Origin: an uncultured delta proteobacterium
Lineage (GTDB): Bacteria > Desulfobacterota > Binatia > UBA9968
Assembly: GCA_963745835.1 (NCBI GenBank)
Contig: CAVUZH010000008.1
Span: 142,040 to 206,039 of the forward strand
Length of the DNA: 64,000 nt
Reading direction: 5' to 3'
A model generated the notes under the pieces. The model was not told where the DNA came from. It did no database searches and worked only from the letters and a program-made list of their open reading frames with translations. Below are positions 59,730 through 64,000 of the stretch, in pieces. The translations under genes were made by a program, and so were the position numbers. The number at the start of each line of letters is the position of its first letter. The stretch's first letter is position 1.

Positions 59730-60737
59730 TTATAGACCATACAATTTTTTGGCGTTGTCGTAGCCGATTTTTTTCTTAGATGAGGCGGGTATATCGTCGC
59801 GAAAGAGGAATTCCTGCACTGCCTTGCTCATGTCGACGATGCCTTCGTGGGGAAAATCGGAAGCCCAGAAAAGACACTGATCGCCGAGCAGTTCTAAGTC
59901 GCGGCCGGTGGTCATCTCTTCACCGCACTGAAAGAAAATCTGCCCGCGTTCGATCAGTTTCAATGGTCGCGGCAGCTCGCCCAACCGCCCTTCCATCTTG
60001 CTGATCAGATACGGCACCCAACCGCAGCCTGCCTCCAGAAATGCTATGCGCAGGTCGGGGTATTTTCCCAACACGCCTGAGAACATCAAATTGGTGAACT
60101 GGCGCATCTGCGGCCAAACATGAGCCAGTGTCGCGGCTTCATCGCGCCATAGAAAGAGATCGTTGTTGCGCAGCGAATTTTGTGAGTGAACCGCCAACAT
60201 GCAGCCCAGCCGGTTGGCCTCTTCGTACAGCGGGTGAAACTCCGGATGACCTAAGGGCCGCGGCAATCCGTCCGCCGGAAGCACCCCGCCCACCATGCCA
60301 TAGTCTCGGACCGCCCGGCGCAGTTCCGTAACCGCCGCGTCAATATCCTGCAGAGGCAGAACGGCAACGCCTTTCAAGCGCGGTTCATCACGCAAAAAAC
60401 GATCATAAAGATAGTCGTTGTAAGCGCGGCTCAATTCGACAGCGAACTCGGCTATGCCCACCTGTCCGATATGCATGAAGCGTGTCGGATAAACTACTGC
60501 CGCCTCGATGTTCCCCTGTTCTAAAGCCGTTCGCCAATCCTGCAGCGAAGGAATCAGGAAGGACGATCCGGTGCCGGACCGGCGCCCCGCCTGACGATGC
60601 CAGCCGTGATGCGGCAACAGAGGAAAGTAAAGCAGTGCCTCGCGGCGTTGCTTGTAATGGTCCGGCAAGTATTCAAAGACTTCACTTTCGACTTCACGGA
60701 TGTGCCCGTCGGCATCGATCATCTTCCACTCAGGCAT
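59730..60737 (-). CDS. Amidohydrolase_2 family protein
   Basis: IDADGH, RAYNDYL, FLEAGCGWVPY, ASDFPH, NAKKLYGL. Confidence 0.88.
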   Translation of the reverse strand: MPEWKMIDADGHIREVESEVFEYLPDHYKQRREALLYFPLLPHHGWHRQAGRRSGTGSSFLIPSLQDWRTALEQGNIEAAVVYPTRFMHIGQVGIAEFAVELSRAYNDYLYDRFLRDEPRLKGVAVLPLQDIDAAVTELRRAVRDYGMVGGVLPADGLPRPLGHPEFHPLYEEANRLGCMLAVHSQNSLRNNDLFLWRDEAATLAHVWPQMRQFTNLMFSGVLGKYPDLRIAFLEAGCGWVPYLISKMEGRLGELPRPLKLIERGQIFFQCGEEMTTGRDLELLGDQCLFWASDFPHEGIVDMSKAVQEFLFRDDIPASSKKKIGYDNAKKLYGL

Positions 60738-60870
60738 GTACAGCTCTCCTTCTCTTCCATTCTTTGTCGACAATAGTACGGAAACTTAATAGCACTTCAG
60801 AATCCGAGTTTTGTTGAGCCGTGCACCATTGAACGCGTGTCGTCGGGCTGCGGCGTTTCCTCTCCCAGCA

Positions 60871-61887
60871 TCACTCGTTAAATCTGTAAAACCGGGCGAC
60901 GTTGTCGTGCAGCATTTTTTGCTTCGTAGTATCAGAGAGATCTTTTCGATCACGAATCGCTTTGACCGTGTGCGGCCAGTCGCCATCCCAGTGCGGATAG
61001 TCGGAGGAATAGAGAATCGTATCTTCCAATCCCCAACGCATCGCGTCGGGAATTGTCTTCTCTTCGCACTCGACGCCAAAATAAATCCGCCCGCTCTTCA
61101 CATACTCACTCGGCAGCTTGGTCAGATACGGCGCTTCGACGGCACCACGCTTTTCCACTTCCTCGTCGAGCCGGTCCATCATGTAGGGCACCCAGCCGAT
61201 ACCGGATTCGAGAAAGCCGATGCTCAGTCTGGGAAAGCGCTCGAACACGCCACCGATGATGGTCGCGATCAGCGCCATCATCTGCTCAGCCGGATGATCG
61301 ATGGTGTGCGCAGAGAGAAACTTACGAAAGCGCTGGCCGCCGAGCGAATCGGCGGATGTGCCGGTGTGAAAGCCGATGCCGACGCCAAGCTGCTGCGCGG
61401 CGGCGTAAATCGGATCGTAAAAGCCATCGCCAAAGTCGGGCATCTGCGGTAGGTAGGTCGGCAGCACGCCAGCCAGCGCGCCGCGTTCTTTCACCGCGCG
61501 CTTAAGCTCTTCGGCGGCGGCGGCTGGATCTTGCGGCGCCAGCAGCGCGACGAATTTTAACCGGGTCGAATCTTTCTTGCAGAAATGAAACAGCCAGTCG
61601 TTGTAGGCGCGCGTGATTCCCGTCGCGTAATCTTTTTCGTGCAGCGCGCTCACGTGCAAACCTGCCGTCGGATAAAGAACCATGACGTCAATGCCGTCTT
61701 CGTCCATAGCGGCCAGTTGATCTTCCGGTCCTTCCGGTTTTTGCCCAAGCTTGCCATGCAGATCGCGGTCCCACTCGTCGTTGGGAAACAAATTGCGGCG
61801 GTGCCAGCACGGTTCCAGGAACTCCCTCATGCCGGCCACAGACTCGCGCACGTGGCCATCCGCATCAAGAACTTTGTAGTTAGCCAT
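60871..61887 (-). CDS. Amidohydrolase_2 family protein
   Basis: LDADGH, VLYPT, RAYNDWL, FLESGIGWVPY, SSDYPHWD, NVARFY. Confidence 0.9.
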   Translation of the reverse strand: MANYKVLDADGHVRESVAGMREFLEPCWHRRNLFPNDEWDRDLHGKLGQKPEGPEDQLAAMDEDGIDVMVLYPTAGLHVSALHEKDYATGITRAYNDWLFHFCKKDSTRLKFVALLAPQDPAAAAEELKRAVKERGALAGVLPTYLPQMPDFGDGFYDPIYAAAQQLGVGIGFHTGTSADSLGGQRFRKFLSAHTIDHPAEQMMALIATIIGGVFERFPRLSIGFLESGIGWVPYMMDRLDEEVEKRGAVEAPYLTKLPSEYVKSGRIYFGVECEEKTIPDAMRWGLEDTILYSSDYPHWDGDWPHTVKAIRDRKDLSDTTKQKMLHDNVARFYRFNE

Positions 61888-61999
61888 ATCCTACTCCTTT
61901 CTCTAATGTTTGGTTTCATTGAACGCACCCCATCCGCACCGCCTGCATGCTCCTTTGCAACCCTGAAATTAGGGGTAGATTCCGCCTTGAATCCTCTAT

Positions 62000-62998
62000 C
62001 TAACGATTCGGAGTCTGAACAGTGTCAAGAAGGCCGCCTTCGATAATTCTTCGCAGAATCCGATCGTCGACCATCTCCTCCACTCTAATGCTTCCCACTT
62101 TGGGATTGTGGACTCGCATCAGGCGTTGCAGATTACGCAGCCCCTCCAACGAAGGATATGGTTTCGGTTCGACGCCGCGAATCAGATCCTGATAACCGAC
62201 CTCAGCGCTGGCAGCATCTGGAAGACGAAGGCGCGCCGTCATTGTTTTCAGCACCGCCGCCTTGTTGGTGGGAGCCAAGCTAAAGTCGATGCCTTCCAGC
62301 AAACCCTTAAGGAAATTCTCGATTACCGCGGGTTGTTTCATGAGGTATGAGCCGGACGTCACGATTCCCTGTCCGGCAAAAGGGATATTCGCGCCGGCAA
62401 ACTCGGCGATTACGGGAAACCCCTTCTGTCTGAGCCGGTGGGTGAACACTCCATCCAAGAGGGCGGCATCGATGCTTCCTGCTTCAAGGGCTTGGCCAGT
62501 GTTCGTCTGATCTCCGACAACTAGAATAGAGATCCGATCTCGCGACGCCTCGAGACCCAGGTGCTCGAGACCTAGCATGGCGCCCATCCAGACGGTGCCG
62601 CCGATACTGCCCACTCCAAGCCGCTTTCCGCGGAGTTCCTCCGGTCGACTGATCCCTGGTCTTGCAACCAAGTCATAGGTCAGACGATTCGTCAATGCCG
62701 CGATTACCTTGAGGTCCGCGCCACTGGAAACAGCCCCGAGTGCGGCGGTCGAGCCGCCGTAGACCATCTGCATTTCTCCCGCCAGCAATGCGGCGATCGC
62801 TGGTTGCGACACACGAGTCAGCACCAGCAGCACCTCGAGGCCATTTTTCCCAAAGAACCCCCGTTCCTGGGCGATCCACAAGGGAGTCACTCGAGAATTC
62901 AACGTGGAAAGGCCGACATAGATCTTCGTCTGCGGTTGCGCTGCGCCGGCTTTAAACCAAACAAGGAAAAAAACAGCGGCAATCAACAGCTTTCTCAT
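62000..62998 (-). CDS. ABC transporter substrate-binding protein (NMT1/SsuA/TauA-like)
   Basis: Signal peptide, PLWIAQERGFFGKNGLEV, ELRGKRLGV; start ATG 62998. Confidence 0.85.
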   Translation of the reverse strand: MRKLLIAAVFFLVWFKAGAAQPQTKIYVGLSTLNSRVTPLWIAQERGFFGKNGLEVLLVLTRVSQPAIAALLAGEMQMVYGGSTAALGAVSSGADLKVIAALTNRLTYDLVARPGISRPEELRGKRLGVGSIGGTVWMGAMLGLEHLGLEASRDRISILVVGDQTNTGQALEAGSIDAALLDGVFTHRLRQKGFPVIAEFAGANIPFAGQGIVTSGSYLMKQPAVIENFLKGLLEGIDFSLAPTNKAAVLKTMTARLRLPDAASAEVGYQDLIRGVEPKPYPSLEGLRNLQRLMRVHNPKVGSIRVEEMVDDRILRRIIEGGLLDTVQTPNR

Positions 62999-63145
62999 GG
63001 TGTTTGGATCATCCGCCGATTGTATTTGCTCTACAAGCGGGTCCTTGAAGTTCAATGCGCATGGCCATGGCGTTATGTAGCATCCCGAAGTTCTTCGACC
63101 CCAAAAAAGCGCTCGTCTCCTGGTCTGGTGCTCCAATCATCCGAG

Positions 63146-63544
63146 CTAAGCAATGGCATCGGCAAATTGCTTGGTATCGGTATACTGTTGGAATCGCACG
63201 ACTCTGCCGTGGGTCACGCCCCAGATATGGGCGAACTGCGCACGGACTTCTCTACCGCTTTCTTTGTGCCTGCCGCTGTAAGTGCCGAGCACCACGATGT
63301 GATTCCCGGCATCCAGCCATTCTTCCGGCATCACCTTAAAATCCGCCCATTCCGAAGCAAGTCTCAGGAAAACTCCTTCGAGCACCGCCTGTGGGCCGCG
63401 ATAAGGATTACGATCGGCGTAGATGAAGTTTTCTGCCTCGCGCCACTCGATATGCTGGTGCATCTGGCCAAGAACTGAGCTAACGTCTCCTGTGCCGAAG
63501 GACTCGTAGATGCCGCGAATCACCGTGATATTCTCTTGTGACAT
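63146..63544 (-). CDS. NTF2/SnoaL-like family protein
   Basis: YESFGTGD, IEWREAE, FAHIW...VVRFQQYTDT; RBS AAGGAGG. Confidence 0.87.
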   Translation of the reverse strand: MSQENITVIRGIYESFGTGDVSSVLGQMHQHIEWREAENFIYADRNPYRGPQAVLEGVFLRLASEWADFKVMPEEWLDAGNHIVVLGTYSGRHKESGREVRAQFAHIWGVTHGRVVRFQQYTDTKQFADAIA

Positions 63545-63788
63545 ATTGGCCTCCTTGAACGCACGCAATTTTCCGCTCGTGGGCCGTAAGAATCTCCTTA
63601 TAGATTCTCCCTAGTGGATATCGAAAACATTCGCAACTTCTAGAACGATTGTGCCCGACACTCCCACATCTGTGGATTGGGACAACGCCGCCGAATTCGC
63701 TTTGATCAGATCGATATGAGTAGTTTTGAGCAAGATAGGAGCAAGATGTTAGATTGACTCGCTCCCTTAGGAGAGGAACTTATACCCA

Positions 63789-64000
63789 ATGACATCCATA
63801 ATAAGAGTCACAGCGGCGCTAATTACGCTTACTATCGCCGGTTGCCAGGCTCTGACCGGAACGCCATTGTTTCCTGAACCGGGATGGTTGAATCGGAGCA
63901 TGAAAAACGGCGCGCGGAAGATATTGCGTCGTTAGTGGAAGGCGTAAAGAAAATAATCAACGACCTTCAGGTGCAGAAAAAACCTGCGCCCAAACCGGAG
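63789..64000 (+). CDS. Probable lipoprotein, partial at window edge, apparent frameshift near 63890
   Basis: AGGAGAGG RBS; MTSIIRVTAALITLTIAGC lipobox-like; an alternative frame stays open to the window end. Confidence 0.4.

Noticed and set aside
60786-60812. TAGCACTTC... as a CIRCE element
   Set aside because: The right half-site GAGTGCTAA is absent and the context is wrong

Overview
A 64 kb bacterial chromosomal segment with two halves. The gene repertoire suggests a deltaproteobacterial-type organism, possibly Candidatus Binatia; this is an inference from the many TctC/Bug, amidohydrolase and LLM genes. About 6-33 kb is housekeeping: rng, an HNH nuclease, smc, ftsY, an IscA/ErpA-family carrier, rsmD-coaD-aminotransferase, tRNA-fMet, dapL-folK, an ldcA-serine hydrolase-mpl peptidoglycan-recycling operon, tandem DUF507 genes, groESL, ffh-rpsP-khpA-rimM-trmD-rplS and rarA. 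The first 6 kb and 33-64 kb are accessory transport and catabolic genes with several decayed remnants. I found no CRISPR array, rRNA, transposase, integrase or prophage, and I cannot point to a confidently new multi-gene system. The best leads are: an unannotated 52-aa metallothionein behind a sigma54-type promoter; a DnaA-box cluster upstream of the DUF507 pair; tandem NrdR-like boxes at the smc promoter; a TrmD-Tm1570 double-SPOUT fusion; a Cys-nucleophile alpha/beta-hydrolase coupled to an LLM monooxygenase; an initiator tRNA with only two anticodon-stem G:C pairs; and a MITE-like element. Many single-base frameshifts, including in the essential ftsY and ffh, suggest indel errors in the assembly. 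All calls come from reading motifs by eye; no database searches were run.
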